A DNA stretch of 45,884 bases from positions 1 to 45,884 of the forward strand of contig CAUZJY010000001.1 of NCBI GenBank assembly GCA_963580305.1. Direction: 5' to 3'. The notes under the pieces are model-generated. The model made no database searches. It worked only from the letters and a program-made list of their open reading frames with translations, and was not told where the DNA came from. Source of the stretch: Gemmatimonadales bacterium UBA6960 (lineage in GTDB: Bacteria; Gemmatimonadota; Gemmatimonadetes; Longimicrobiales; Gaopeijiaceae). Position numbers and translations under genes: made by a program. Positions within the stretch are counted from its first letter, which is position 1. The number at the start of each line of letters is the position of its first letter. This document shows positions 19,155 through 27,261 of this stretch, piece after piece.

Positions 19155-20264
19155 ATGGTGCACAAAGCGGAACGCGGACTGTTCGAGCTCCGGCAAGGGC
19201 GGGCGCTCTACGTCACCGATCCCGGCAGCTCGGCGCTGGTCGCGGCCGTGGAGGGGCTCACGGTCGATCGCCTCGAGCAGCTGCGCGAGCTCGGTATGGA
19301 CTTGCGGGTCGTGGTCACCCACCATCGCGGCCATGCGATGGGGCTCCCCAACGGTGGCCCCCCCCGCCACCTGAGCATTGCCCTGGGTCCGGCCGCCACG
19401 CCGGCGAGCATCCAGCGGTTGGCGACTGCACTGCGACCCACCGGCCACGTGGAGGCCCGGCCCGCCACCAGCGCCGAGGCGGCCGGTCTCGCGCTGGCAC
19501 GGTTCGGTCAGCTGCTCCCGACGGTCGTGAGCATGGCGCCCGATCCGATGCGGGTTGCGCGGCTGCTCGAGTGGATGAGCGACGCCACCGTATTGGACGT
19601 GAGCGCGACCGAGGTGGAGGCGCTGGTCACGACGCACGCAATCGAGGTCACGCACGTGGCCGAGGCCACTGTCCCCCTCCGGGATGCCGAGAGCGCACGC
19701 TTCATCTTCTTCCGTGAAGGTAACGGGTTCGTGCAGCACGTCGCGATCACGATCGGCGAGCGTGCCGAATGGCCAGATCCGTTGCCGGTGCGCGTCCACT
19801 CCGCGTGCCTCACCGGGGACATCTTCGGGAGCCTGCGCTGCGACTGCGGCGAGCAGCTCCACGGCTGTCTCTCGTACTTCGCGGAGCGCGGTGGCGGCGT
19901 ACTGGTCTACCTCGCGCAGGAGGGGCGCGGGATCGGACTCGGGAACAAGCTGCGCGCTTACGCGCTGCAGCAGGAGGGGCTCGACACGGTCGACGCGGAC
20001 GGGACGCTCGGGTTCGGCGCCGACGAGCGCCGCTACGACGCCGCGGTGGCGATCCTACGGCACCTCGGGGTCGAGCGCGTGCAGCTGCTCACCAACAATC
20101 CGGACAAGCTGCACGCGGTCCAGGAGGCGGGGATGACCGTGGTCGACCGCAAGCCGCTCCACGGCCGTCTCAACCCCCACAACGCCCGCTACGTCCACGC
20201 CAAGGTGCACCGGTCGGGGCATTGGTTGATGGATATGATCAACCGAGGCATCGCCGGCGACTAG
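19155..20264 (+). CDS. ribA: GTP cyclohydrolase II with degenerate RibB-like N-terminal domain
   Basis: C-terminal half VRVHSACLTGDIFGSLRCDCGEQL, YLAQEGRGIGLGNKLRAYALQ, LGFGADERRY, LLTNNPDK (Zn cysteines and the Tyr in RAY present). The N-terminal 190 aa align loosely to DHBP synthase but lack the acidic RENEGD-type motif. Confidence 0.88.
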   Translation: MVHKAERGLFELRQGRALYVTDPGSSALVAAVEGLTVDRLEQLRELGMDLRVVVTHHRGHAMGLPNGGPPRHLSIALGPAATPASIQRLATALRPTGHVEARPATSAEAAGLALARFGQLLPTVVSMAPDPMRVARLLEWMSDATVLDVSATEVEALVTTHAIEVTHVAEATVPLRDAESARFIFFREGNGFVQHVAITIGERAEWPDPLPVRVHSACLTGDIFGSLRCDCGEQLHGCLSYFAERGGGVLVYLAQEGRGIGLGNKLRAYALQQEGLDTVDADGTLGFGADERRYDAAVAILRHLGVERVQLLTNNPDKLHAVQEAGMTVVDRKPLHGRLNPHNARYVHAKVHRSGHWLMDMINRGIAGD

Positions 20265-20266
20265 TC

Positions 20267-20339
20267 GGGCGCTCAGCTTCGCCTGATACTTAGTCAGCCT
20301 CCGTGCGGAGGCTTTCACATCAGGCGAAGCTGAGCGCCC
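20267..20339. terminator. Nested perfect hairpin after ribA (21-bp outer stem, 8-nt inner palindrome arms)
   Basis: GGGCGCTCAGCTTCGCCTGAT (20267-20287) is the exact reverse complement of 20319-20339. Inside it, AGCCTCCG-TG-CGGAGGCT (20296-20313). No T-tract follows, so it may be a terminator, a REP-like element or a protein site. Confidence 0.5.
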
Positions 20340-20361
20340 TCCTCCCTCCTTCCGTTGCTCC

Positions 20362-20831
20362 GTGAGCCTCGGCCGCTACTACGACTGGCTCGGCCGCTTC
20401 CAGCGCATCGCGCGCTGGGTCAGCCGGAGCGGCGATCACATCCTCACCGTGCACCGGAAGCTCCGCTCGGAGCGCCCGGACGTTTCTCCCCATCACGTCG
20501 TGCACGAGCGGCTGCTCGATGCGCTCGGGCCGTTACACGATCCGCACGTGATCGACGCCGGATGCGGGCTCGGCGGCACGAGCTTCTACCTGCACGGCCG
20601 GATCGGCGGCCGCTACGACGGGATCACGCTGAGCCCCTCGCAGCACGAGCGCCCAAGATCCAGATCACGCGGGACGGGGCGATCTAGTTCTCCCCGCGAG
20701 GAAGCCGCGACTATCCGGCTCACAGCGTGCTGTATCCGGACATGGACATGATCACCTCGGTCGAGTCGCTTGGGGCGCACTATCTCAACGGCCCGCCCGG
20801 GTATCCGTTCGCACCCCGCACGGCGAACTAG
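20362..20831 (+). pseudogene. Decayed class I SAM-methyltransferase
   Basis: Good N-terminus up to motif I (VIDAGCGLGGTSFYL..YDGITLSPSQHER). Homology then breaks near 20650. A possible later block (DMDMITSVESLGAHY) is in another frame ending at TAG 20829-20831. Confidence 0.55.
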
Positions 20832-21173
20832 TGGCTTGTAACGGATAGTTGTCTAGTGTTCTAGCGGCTTCCTGCTGCTTCGCTTGAACTGACTCGGGGA
20901 GTGGGCGGATCGAGGCCTGAGCAGGTGGCCCGCTCAGGTTAACAGCAGAGCTGTTAGACTAGGATCGCGGGTCCGTGGCACAAGGACGTCGCCCCCGACA
21001 TGGTGGACCCACCTCAGCATCCGAGGGCCATCTACGTGGGGGCAAGTGCGACTTGGTACTGATGGGCGGGATACCACCGGAACCGGTTGGCGCGTTTCCT
21101 ACGGATGTGAACTGGGTCTAACCGCCGGATGGCGGAGCACGCGGTCCCGGAAGACGGAAGGCTGTCTCACCAT
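20832..21173. other. Lower-GC, CTAG-rich non-coding island with several stem-loops (unassigned)
   Basis: No credible ORF. Hairpins CCTGAGC-N9-GCTCAGG (20916-20938), TAACAGC-AGA-GCTGTTA (20940-20956), CCGCC-GGAT-GGCGG (about 21122-21135). Five CTAG tetramers inside the island, with two more just upstream (about 20684 and 20828). Confidence 0.4.
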
Positions 21174-22427
21174 CTAGTAGTACCGCTCCGGCATGTCCAG
21201 CATGATCCGCCGCCGGAGCAGCTCCAGCACCTGCGGCGTGCGCTTGCCCTCCTCGACCGCTTCCATCACCTCGCGGTCGAGGGTGACCTCCTCCGGCAGG
21301 TAACGCCGACACGCGCCGTACTCCTCCTCGTAGTCCTCCGAGGGGAATGCAAGGCGCATGCGCAGGCCCGAGCCCACCCGCTCCGTCGCGTAGAGCGGAT
21401 TCAGCCGCAGATCTCCCCGGAGCGGCTCGCGCGCACCCAGCGGGTGGGGCCGAAGCAGGCCCACTGTCCCGGCGGGTCGCGTCGCGACGATCGTGAGCGC
21501 GGGATCGGCGGCGAGCGCCTCCGCGTCCGAGCGGCGCGACAGGTCCAGCGGCCCGCCGGCTACGACGTCGTCCAGCAGCCGTTGCTCGGGGAAGAGGCGG
21601 GGCTCGAGCGACTCGAACAGATCGCGGTAGCCCTCGGGTGGAAGGGGCTCCCCGTGCGAGTGGCTCCACACGAGCTGGTTGTGGGCGTGTGTGATCACGA
21701 CTGCGGCGGCCTCGCTCGGCCCCCGGTCCACCAGCCGCTCCAGCTCGCCCACGAGCTGCCGCTTGGTCCAGATGTACATGAAGGCGTCCGCGCAGAGCGC
21801 GAAACGGAAGGCGCCTCTTGCCAAGGGGAGCGGTGCGTTCCCGTCGCAGCAGACCGGCTCGCAGCCGGGTGCTACGTAACGCGCCGCCAGCCAGAGCTTC
21901 GCGAAATAGAGATCCGCGATCACGGGCGCGTCGGAGAGCTCGAGGAGCACGCGCGTAAGATGCCCCGAGCCGCCGCACGCGTCGATCGCCCGCCCGCCGT
22001 TGGCCAGCACGGTTCCGCCCACCGCGCGCACGACCGCGCTCGCGGCCACGTACGAGGGGTCGGAGAAGCGGTACAGGAAGCAGTCGCCCTCGAGCTCCTC
22101 CGCGAGCGTCTCGGCGAGCTCGCGATAGGTGGTGTTGTGCCCGGCCGCGGCCTCGGTGAAGCGGGCCGCCCTCTCCTCGTCCTCGGAGACGAGCGCCCGG
22201 AACGCGCGGTCGGACTCGCCGGCTTCGATCGCCTCGCGCGCAAGGGCGGCGTTCGGGTGCAGGTGCATCACCGGAACCCCGCCCACCACGGGAAAGAGAC
22301 AGCAGTGGCAGGCGAGCACCCCCTCCAGGATCGCCTCGGCCTCGCGCACGTGGTGCATCGACTCGACCAGCTCGAGGCGGCTGCCGCAGTAGGGGCAGCG
22401 GAGGATCTCCAGCGTCTCAGGCCTCAC
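21174..22427 (-). CDS. Trm112-like zinc-ribbon fused to a class I SAM-methyltransferase
   Basis: LEILRCPYCGSRLE..LACHCCLFPVVGGVPVM (Trm112p-like), then IDACGGSGHLTRVL motif I. GTG 22427 overlaps the PIG-L stop (GTGA). Confidence 0.75.
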   Translation of the reverse strand: MRPETLEILRCPYCGSRLELVESMHHVREAEAILEGVLACHCCLFPVVGGVPVMHLHPNAALAREAIEAGESDRAFRALVSEDEERAARFTEAAAGHNTTYRELAETLAEELEGDCFLYRFSDPSYVAASAVVRAVGGTVLANGGRAIDACGGSGHLTRVLLELSDAPVIADLYFAKLWLAARYVAPGCEPVCCDGNAPLPLARGAFRFALCADAFMYIWTKRQLVGELERLVDRGPSEAAAVVITHAHNQLVWSHSHGEPLPPEGYRDLFESLEPRLFPEQRLLDDVVAGGPLDLSRRSDAEALAADPALTIVATRPAGTVGLLRPHPLGAREPLRGDLRLNPLYATERVGSGLRMRLAFPSEDYEEEYGACRRYLPEEVTLDREVMEAVEEGKRTPQVLELLRRRIMLDMPERYY

Positions 22428-23236
22428 GCGTCCACACCTTGCTCGAGCCGCTCGAGCACCGCCTCCGCCTCGCCGCCCACGTAGGCCCGCCGGAACTGCT
22501 CGCATGCGAGCAGCCGGAGCGCATCGTCCTCGTCGAGCCAGAGGAAGGGGCTGCCGGCGCCCACCTGCGTCCGGTGGCAGCGGATCGCGGCCAGCTTGCG
22601 CGGGAGCCAGGGCCGGACGTCCAGCGTGAGCGTCGGCGCGGGAGTGGCGACGCCGAACGCATCGGGCGAGATCCCCCAGAGCCCGCCGCCGTTCCGGGCG
22701 CCTCCGCGCGCGTGCGCCGCGTCCACGATGGTGCGTATCGCGCCGGGAGCGAGGCTCACGTAGTAGAGCGCGAGCACGCGGGCACCGGGGGTGGCGTCGA
22801 GGGTGGCCACCGCCGCGCTTGTGCGCTCGTGCACGCCGATGTGGTCGTCGTGCCAGTAGAGCCCGTCGGCGTCGAACGTGATCACCGCGTCCGGGCGCTC
22901 GCGCACGAGCACCGCGACGAGGTCGGCATCCAGCGCATCCGCCCAGCGCAGGCAGCCGTCTGCATGTCCGAGCTGCACCACTTCGGCCGCGCCCAGGACG
23001 CGCGCCGACTCCAGGAGCTCGGCGGCGCGCGCGGCGGCGACGTCCCCCTGGGGGACGAGCGCGGGATCGCTCACCGAGCCCAGCTCTCCGCGCGAGGCGC
23101 ACACGAGCACCACGCGCGCGCCCGCGTCGGCGGCCCGCGCGAGTGTCCCCCCGCAGGCGAGCGCCTCGTCATCGGGGTGCGCGAACACGGCGACGATCGT
23201 GTGGCCGGCGAGGGCCCCCCCTGCCGCGGCCGTCAC
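22424..23236 (-). CDS. PIG-L/LmbE-family N-acetylglucosaminyl deacetylase
   Basis: IVAVFAHPDDEALACGG signature, HADGCL, HDDHIGVH. GTG 23236 overlaps the GT4 stop (GTGA). Confidence 0.85.
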   Translation of the reverse strand: MTAAAGGALAGHTIVAVFAHPDDEALACGGTLARAADAGARVVLVCASRGELGSVSDPALVPQGDVAAARAAELLESARVLGAAEVVQLGHADGCLRWADALDADLVAVLVRERPDAVITFDADGLYWHDDHIGVHERTSAAVATLDATPGARVLALYYVSLAPGAIRTIVDAAHARGGARNGGGLWGISPDAFGVATPAPTLTLDVRPWLPRKLAAIRCHRTQVGAGSPFLWLDEDDALRLLACEQFRRAYVGGEAEAVLERLEQGVDA

Positions 23237-24258
23237 CGGCGCCCCCCGTCCACGACGGTGCGGTACACGGCCTCGTACTCGTCCACCATGCGCGCGACGC
23301 CGAAGCGCGCGACCGCGCGCTCGTGCACCCGGCGGCGGTCCAGCTCCAGCACGCGGCCGAGCCCGCCCACCATCTGCTCCAGGTCGTCGAAGACGATCCC
23401 GGTGACGCCGTCGTCCACCACCTCGCGTACCGCGCCCCTGTCGAGCGCGGCCACCGGAGTCCCGCACGCCATCGCCTCCGCGAGCACCAGCCCGAACGGC
23501 TCGCGCGCCTGGATCGGGTAGAGCAGGGCGCGGCCGCCCCCGTAGAGGCGCACCTTGGCGTCGTGGTCGGCCTCGCCGAAGTAGACCACGTTCACCCCGT
23601 CCACGTGCGGCGCCACGTGCTCGCGGTAGTAGTCCTCCTCGGCCGCCGCCAGGACCAGCTTCATGCCGGCGCGGCGCGCCACCTCGATCGCCTGGAGCAC
23701 GCCCTTGCCCTCGGTGAAGCGGCCCAGGAAGAGCAGATAGTCGTCCGGCCGTTTCTGGACAGGAAACCGGTCTGTGTCGATCCCATGCAGCACCGTCCCG
23801 ATCACGTTCAGGCTGTCGAGCAGCCGCGCCTGCTCCTCGGAGATGGCGACGAAGGGCGCCTCCAGGTAGCGCGCCCAGAGCCCGACCTCGGCGGTGGAGG
23901 GGGAGTGGTGGAGCGTCTGCACGATCGGCGTCGGGCAGATGCGCGCGAACGCGAGCGACATCGGGTAGTACGCGGCCTCGTAGTGGATCACGTCGAAGTC
24001 GTGCGCGCGCTCGACGGCGGCGGCCAGATTGAGCATCTCGTAGAGTTCCCATGGCCACATGTTCTCGTCGTGCCAGTACCCCTGCGCGTATAGGGCGTGC
24101 AGCTCGGCCGCGGTCACCGAGTCCCCGGTCGCGAACAGGGTGACGTCGTGGCCGCGCTCCACCAGCCCCTCGGTGAGCAGCGAGGTCATCGTCTCGACCG
24201 AGCCGGACTTTGGCGGCGGGATCGAGGTGGCGACCGGACCCACGTGCGCGATCCTCAC
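23233..24258 (-). CDS. Glycosyltransferase family 4 (GT-B)
   Basis: RIAHVGPVATSIPPPKSGSVETMTSLLTEGLVERGHDVTLFATGDS N-terminal block. LLFLGRFTEGKG and REPFGLVLAEAMACGTPV C-terminal GT1 core. GTG 24258 overlaps the upstream stop (GTGA). Confidence 0.85.
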   Translation of the reverse strand: MRIAHVGPVATSIPPPKSGSVETMTSLLTEGLVERGHDVTLFATGDSVTAAELHALYAQGYWHDENMWPWELYEMLNLAAAVERAHDFDVIHYEAAYYPMSLAFARICPTPIVQTLHHSPSTAEVGLWARYLEAPFVAISEEQARLLDSLNVIGTVLHGIDTDRFPVQKRPDDYLLFLGRFTEGKGVLQAIEVARRAGMKLVLAAAEEDYYREHVAPHVDGVNVVYFGEADHDAKVRLYGGGRALLYPIQAREPFGLVLAEAMACGTPVAALDRGAVREVVDDGVTGIVFDDLEQMVGGLGRVLELDRRRVHERAVARFGVARMVDEYEAVYRTVVDGGRR

Positions 24259-25373
24259 CCCATCGCCTCCTCGACGAGCCGGCCGACCACGCGGCGGCCG
24301 TCGAAGTACTCGTGCGCTATCTGCTCGGCGTAGCGCGCGTGGCGTGCGTAGTCGCTGTTGATTCGGTCGATCCCGGCGAGTGCCTGCTCGGATGTTGCGA
24401 ACGCCAGCAGCCCGTCGCCGTGCGGCAGGTGCTCGCTCCAGCCGGTGTCCTGCACGAGCGCGGGGCGGCCGGAGGCGAGGTAGCACTCGGTGCGGTCGCT
24501 GAACCAGCCCGAGCAGGTGGCGACGTACGTGTGCTTGGCCACACCGAACTCCGCGCGCGAGCGCTGGATGAACTGGCGATACCCCCAGGGCGTGCGCGAC
24601 ATCGCCATCGCGTCCACCGGATCCCAGCCGTGCTCCGCCAGGAGCGCGTGGGGGCCGTTCACGGCCATGCGAAAGCGCTGCTCGGTGCGTGACGGCAGCT
24701 CCAGGAAGCGCAGGAACTCCTGGTCCTTGTTGCCGTCCACGTCGGCGAAGCTCTCGATGCGCCAGGTCATCACGCTGGTGAAGCGGTCTCCGGCGGGCAC
24801 GCTCGCGTGCCACTGGTCGAGCGCGATCGGCTGCCAGGTCTTGCGCCACTGGAATTCTCCGGTCGGCACGGGCGACGCCGCCGTACCAATGTTCGCGCCG
24901 AAGGTGAAGAGGCGATCGAATCCGCGGAAGAACTCGACGTACCAGGGCTCCGCGTTCGCAATCGCGAGTTGCGTGAACCCGGGGTCCGAGTCGACGAAGG
25001 CCTTGCGCGGGATGGAGACATACTCGTCGCGCCAGAACCAGGAGCCGCCCGAGAGGTTCAGGAAGAAGTCGGCGTCGGCGCACCAGCGCCGCACCTCCTT
25101 AGCGCCCATCCCGTGATAGCTGCCGTCGTAGTTGACGAACGCCCAGCGGTCGCCCAGCCCGAACGGCTCGAGCGAACGGTGGATGAGCGCCGTGCCGTAG
25201 CGGGGATCGAGCGACTGCTCGTTCCGGACCGGGTCGTAGACGCACTCGCCCGTGTCCTCGATGTAGAGCACGTCGTGGCCGAGCTCACGCAGCGCCAGCA
25301 GGTACATGAGCGAGCACCAGGTGACGCCGCCGAACGGGTAGCGGGCGATGATCCCCGCCAGGACGACCTTCAC
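24255..25373 (-). CDS. GT-B-fold glycosyltransferase-like protein (CgeB/DUF3880-like), function unknown
   Basis: MKVVLAGIIARYPFGGVTWCSLMYLLALRELGHDVLYIEDTGE N-terminus. C-terminus FGVAKHTYVATCSGWFSDRTECYLASGRPALVQD resembles the Glyco_trans_1_2-type tail. Assignment is from memory. Confidence 0.55.
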   Translation of the reverse strand: MKVVLAGIIARYPFGGVTWCSLMYLLALRELGHDVLYIEDTGECVYDPVRNEQSLDPRYGTALIHRSLEPFGLGDRWAFVNYDGSYHGMGAKEVRRWCADADFFLNLSGGSWFWRDEYVSIPRKAFVDSDPGFTQLAIANAEPWYVEFFRGFDRLFTFGANIGTAASPVPTGEFQWRKTWQPIALDQWHASVPAGDRFTSVMTWRIESFADVDGNKDQEFLRFLELPSRTEQRFRMAVNGPHALLAEHGWDPVDAMAMSRTPWGYRQFIQRSRAEFGVAKHTYVATCSGWFSDRTECYLASGRPALVQDTGWSEHLPHGDGLLAFATSEQALAGIDRINSDYARHARYAEQIAHEYFDGRRVVGRLVEEAMG

Positions 25374-25395
25374 GCTGCTGCCGCTGGGGCCGGGG

Positions 25396-27261
25396 TCAGA
25401 CCGCGCGCAGGCCGGGGTCGTTCGCGGGCGAGGGCAGCGCGGCCTCCATCAGCTCGTCCACGGTCTCCGGCTCATCCAGCGAGCGGCCGATCGAGAGCCG
25501 CTCGCACATGCGCGCGTAGAGCGAGCTCGTGCGGAGCAGCTCCTCGTGGGTCCCCTGCGCGGAGATCCGTCCCCCGTCCAGGACGAGGATCCGGTCCGCG
25601 TCGCGCACGGTGGAGAGCCGGTGCGCGATCACGATCGTGGTGCGGCCGGCGCGCAGCCGCTTGAGCGCGGAGAAGACGATCTCCTCCGAGATCGCGTCCA
25701 GCGAGGAGGTGGGCTCGTCCAGGATCAGGATGGGTGCGTCCTTGAGCAGCGCGCGCGCGACGGAGAGCCGCTGGCGCTCGCCCCCCGAGAGCCCGCCCCC
25801 CGCCTCTGCGATCTCGGTGTCGTAGCCCCTGGAGAGCCGCGCGATGAAGTCGTGCGCGTGCGCCGCCCGCGCGGCCTCCTCGATCTCCTCGCGCGTGGCG
25901 TCCAGCCGGCCGTAACGCAGGTTGTCGGCGATCGTGCCCTGGAGCAGCAGCGGCTCCTGGGGGACGATCGCGATCCGGTCGCGCAGCGAGCGGAGCGCGT
26001 AGCGGCGCACGTCGACGCCGTCGATCAGCACCCGACCCTGGGCCGCGTCGTAAAGGCGGGGGATCAGGCTCACCAGGGTCGTCTTGCCCGCGCCGGTGAG
26101 CCCGACCAGCGCGACCATCTCGCCGGGGGCGGCCACGAAGCTGATGTCGTGCAGCATGTCCGTGCCGTCGGGATAGCGGAAGCCCACGTCGTCGAACCGC
26201 ACGGAGCCCACGAGCCGGTAGGCGTCGAGCGCGCCGGACTCGTCGAGCGGCTCCGGCTCGAGCGCCAGCGTGGCGCGCACGCGCCGCGCCGCCGCGAGCG
26301 CGTCCTGGAGCTGGCCGCTGGTGTGCGCGACCTCGGCGAGCGGCCCGTACACGGAGCCCAGGTAGGTGAGCACGACGATGAGCTGGCCGATCGTCATCTG
26401 CCCGCGGATCACCGAGAGTCCGCCCACGATCAGCACCAGCGCGGTGCCGAACATGGTGATCGTGCTCACCGTGACCGAGAAGATCGACTCCTGCCGGGTG
26501 ATCGCGATGCGGGCCTGCATCACCTCGTCGCCGGCCATACGATACCGCTTCAATTCGAAGGGCTCGCGCGCGAAGCCCTTCACCAGCCGCATCGCCGCGA
26601 ACACCTCGTAGAGCCGTTCCACCAGCCTGGATTCGAGCGACTTTACCCCCTCGATCCGGTGCACCAGCGTGTGCATGTAGTGGCGGAGCGAGAGGAAGAG
26701 GAACGGCACGACCGCGAGCGAGAGCAGCGCGACCCGGGCGTCGATGCTCGCCATCAGCGAGAACATCACGACCAGCGCGGCGGTCGAGGTGAGCAGCGGA
26801 AAGATTCCGCTCATCACCAGGTTGTCGATCGAGTACGAGTCGACGTCAATCCGGTAGACCGCGTCGCCCGTGTTGGTCGTGACGTGGTGGTGCAGCCCGA
26901 GGCGCTGCAGGTGCTGGAAGAGCTTGTAGCGCAGGTCGTAGACGAGCCCCTGCCCGGTCTGCACCTGCACCTGGGTGGCCTTGAACGTGACGAGCTGGTT
27001 CGCGAACGCGAGCGCCACGCCCAGCAGCGCGACGACGATGAGGAGCAGCACGCGCGTGTCCAAGTCCACGGGACCGATGCGCGCCGCGAGGAAGTCCGGC
27101 AGCGGGCGCCCGGTCAGCACGTAGTCGAGCACGAACGCGAGCGGCCAGGGCTGGAGCGCGCCCAACACGACCTCGAGGAAGAGCAGCCCCCCGAGCAGCC
27201 CCAGCCGCCCCCGGTAGGGGCGGAGGTACGGGGCCATCCAGCGCAGCAGGGAGGCGTTCAT
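25396..27261 (-). CDS. ABC exporter, fused permease-ATPase half-transporter (MsbA/type I exporter-like)
   Basis: Six-TM domain, then Walker A GLTGAGKTT, signature LSGGERQR, Walker B ILILDEPTSSLD, H-loop IVIAHRLS. ATG 27261 overlaps the upstream stop (ATGA). Confidence 0.9.
   Translation of the reverse strand: MNASLLRWMAPYLRPYRGRLGLLGGLLFLEVVLGALQPWPLAFVLDYVLTGRPLPDFLAARIGPVDLDTRVLLLIVVALLGVALAFANQLVTFKATQVQVQTGQGLVYDLRYKLFQHLQRLGLHHHVTTNTGDAVYRIDVDSYSIDNLVMSGIFPLLTSTAALVVMFSLMASIDARVALLSLAVVPFLFLSLRHYMHTLVHRIEGVKSLESRLVERLYEVFAAMRLVKGFAREPFELKRYRMAGDEVMQARIAITRQESIFSVTVSTITMFGTALVLIVGGLSVIRGQMTIGQLIVVLTYLGSVYGPLAEVAHTSGQLQDALAAARRVRATLALEPEPLDESGALDAYRLVGSVRFDDVGFRYPDGTDMLHDISFVAAPGEMVALVGLTGAGKTTLVSLIPRLYDAAQGRVLIDGVDVRRYALRSLRDRIAIVPQEPLLLQGTIADNLRYGRLDATREEIEEAARAAHAHDFIARLSRGYDTEIAEAGGGLSGGERQRLSVARALLKDAPILILDEPTSSLDAISEEIVFSALKRLRAGRTTIVIAHRLSTVRDADRILVLDGGRISAQGTHEELLRTSSLYARMCERLSIGRSLDEPETVDELMEAALPSPANDPGLRAV

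Noticed and set aside
9177-20264. Interpreting the locus as riboflavin, folate, queuosine or tetrahydromethanopterin biosynthesis
   Set aside because: Lumazine and riboflavin synthase, a functional RibB, the deaminase half of RibD, FolB/K/P, QueC/E and RFAP synthase are all absent. The membrane-lipid enzymes have no role in those pathways.
20950-21140. Possible riboswitch or housekeeping RNA in the non-coding island (short matches such as CTAGG..GGTCCG..GGGCGGGATA reminiscent of ykkC/guanidine-I, GGGCGGG..ACCGG reminiscent of FMN, GTCCGTGGCAC reminiscent of RNase P)
   Set aside because: The matches are only 6-10 nt with wrong spacing. Key cores (RNase P GAGGAAAGTCC, the FMN P2 helix, the ykkC GGGA..AAAGCCCGGGAG) are absent, and no downstream same-strand gene exists. 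It needs cmscan and cannot be supported by eye.
22424-24258. GT4 + PIG-L deacetylase as a bacillithiol/mycothiol-type low-molecular-weight thiol pathway
   Set aside because: No cysteine ligase (BshC/MshC) or acetyltransferase is adjacent. The genes are embedded in and translationally coupled to a synthase/ABC-exporter operon, which favours glycan modification. cysK is 11 kb away and unrelated in transcription.
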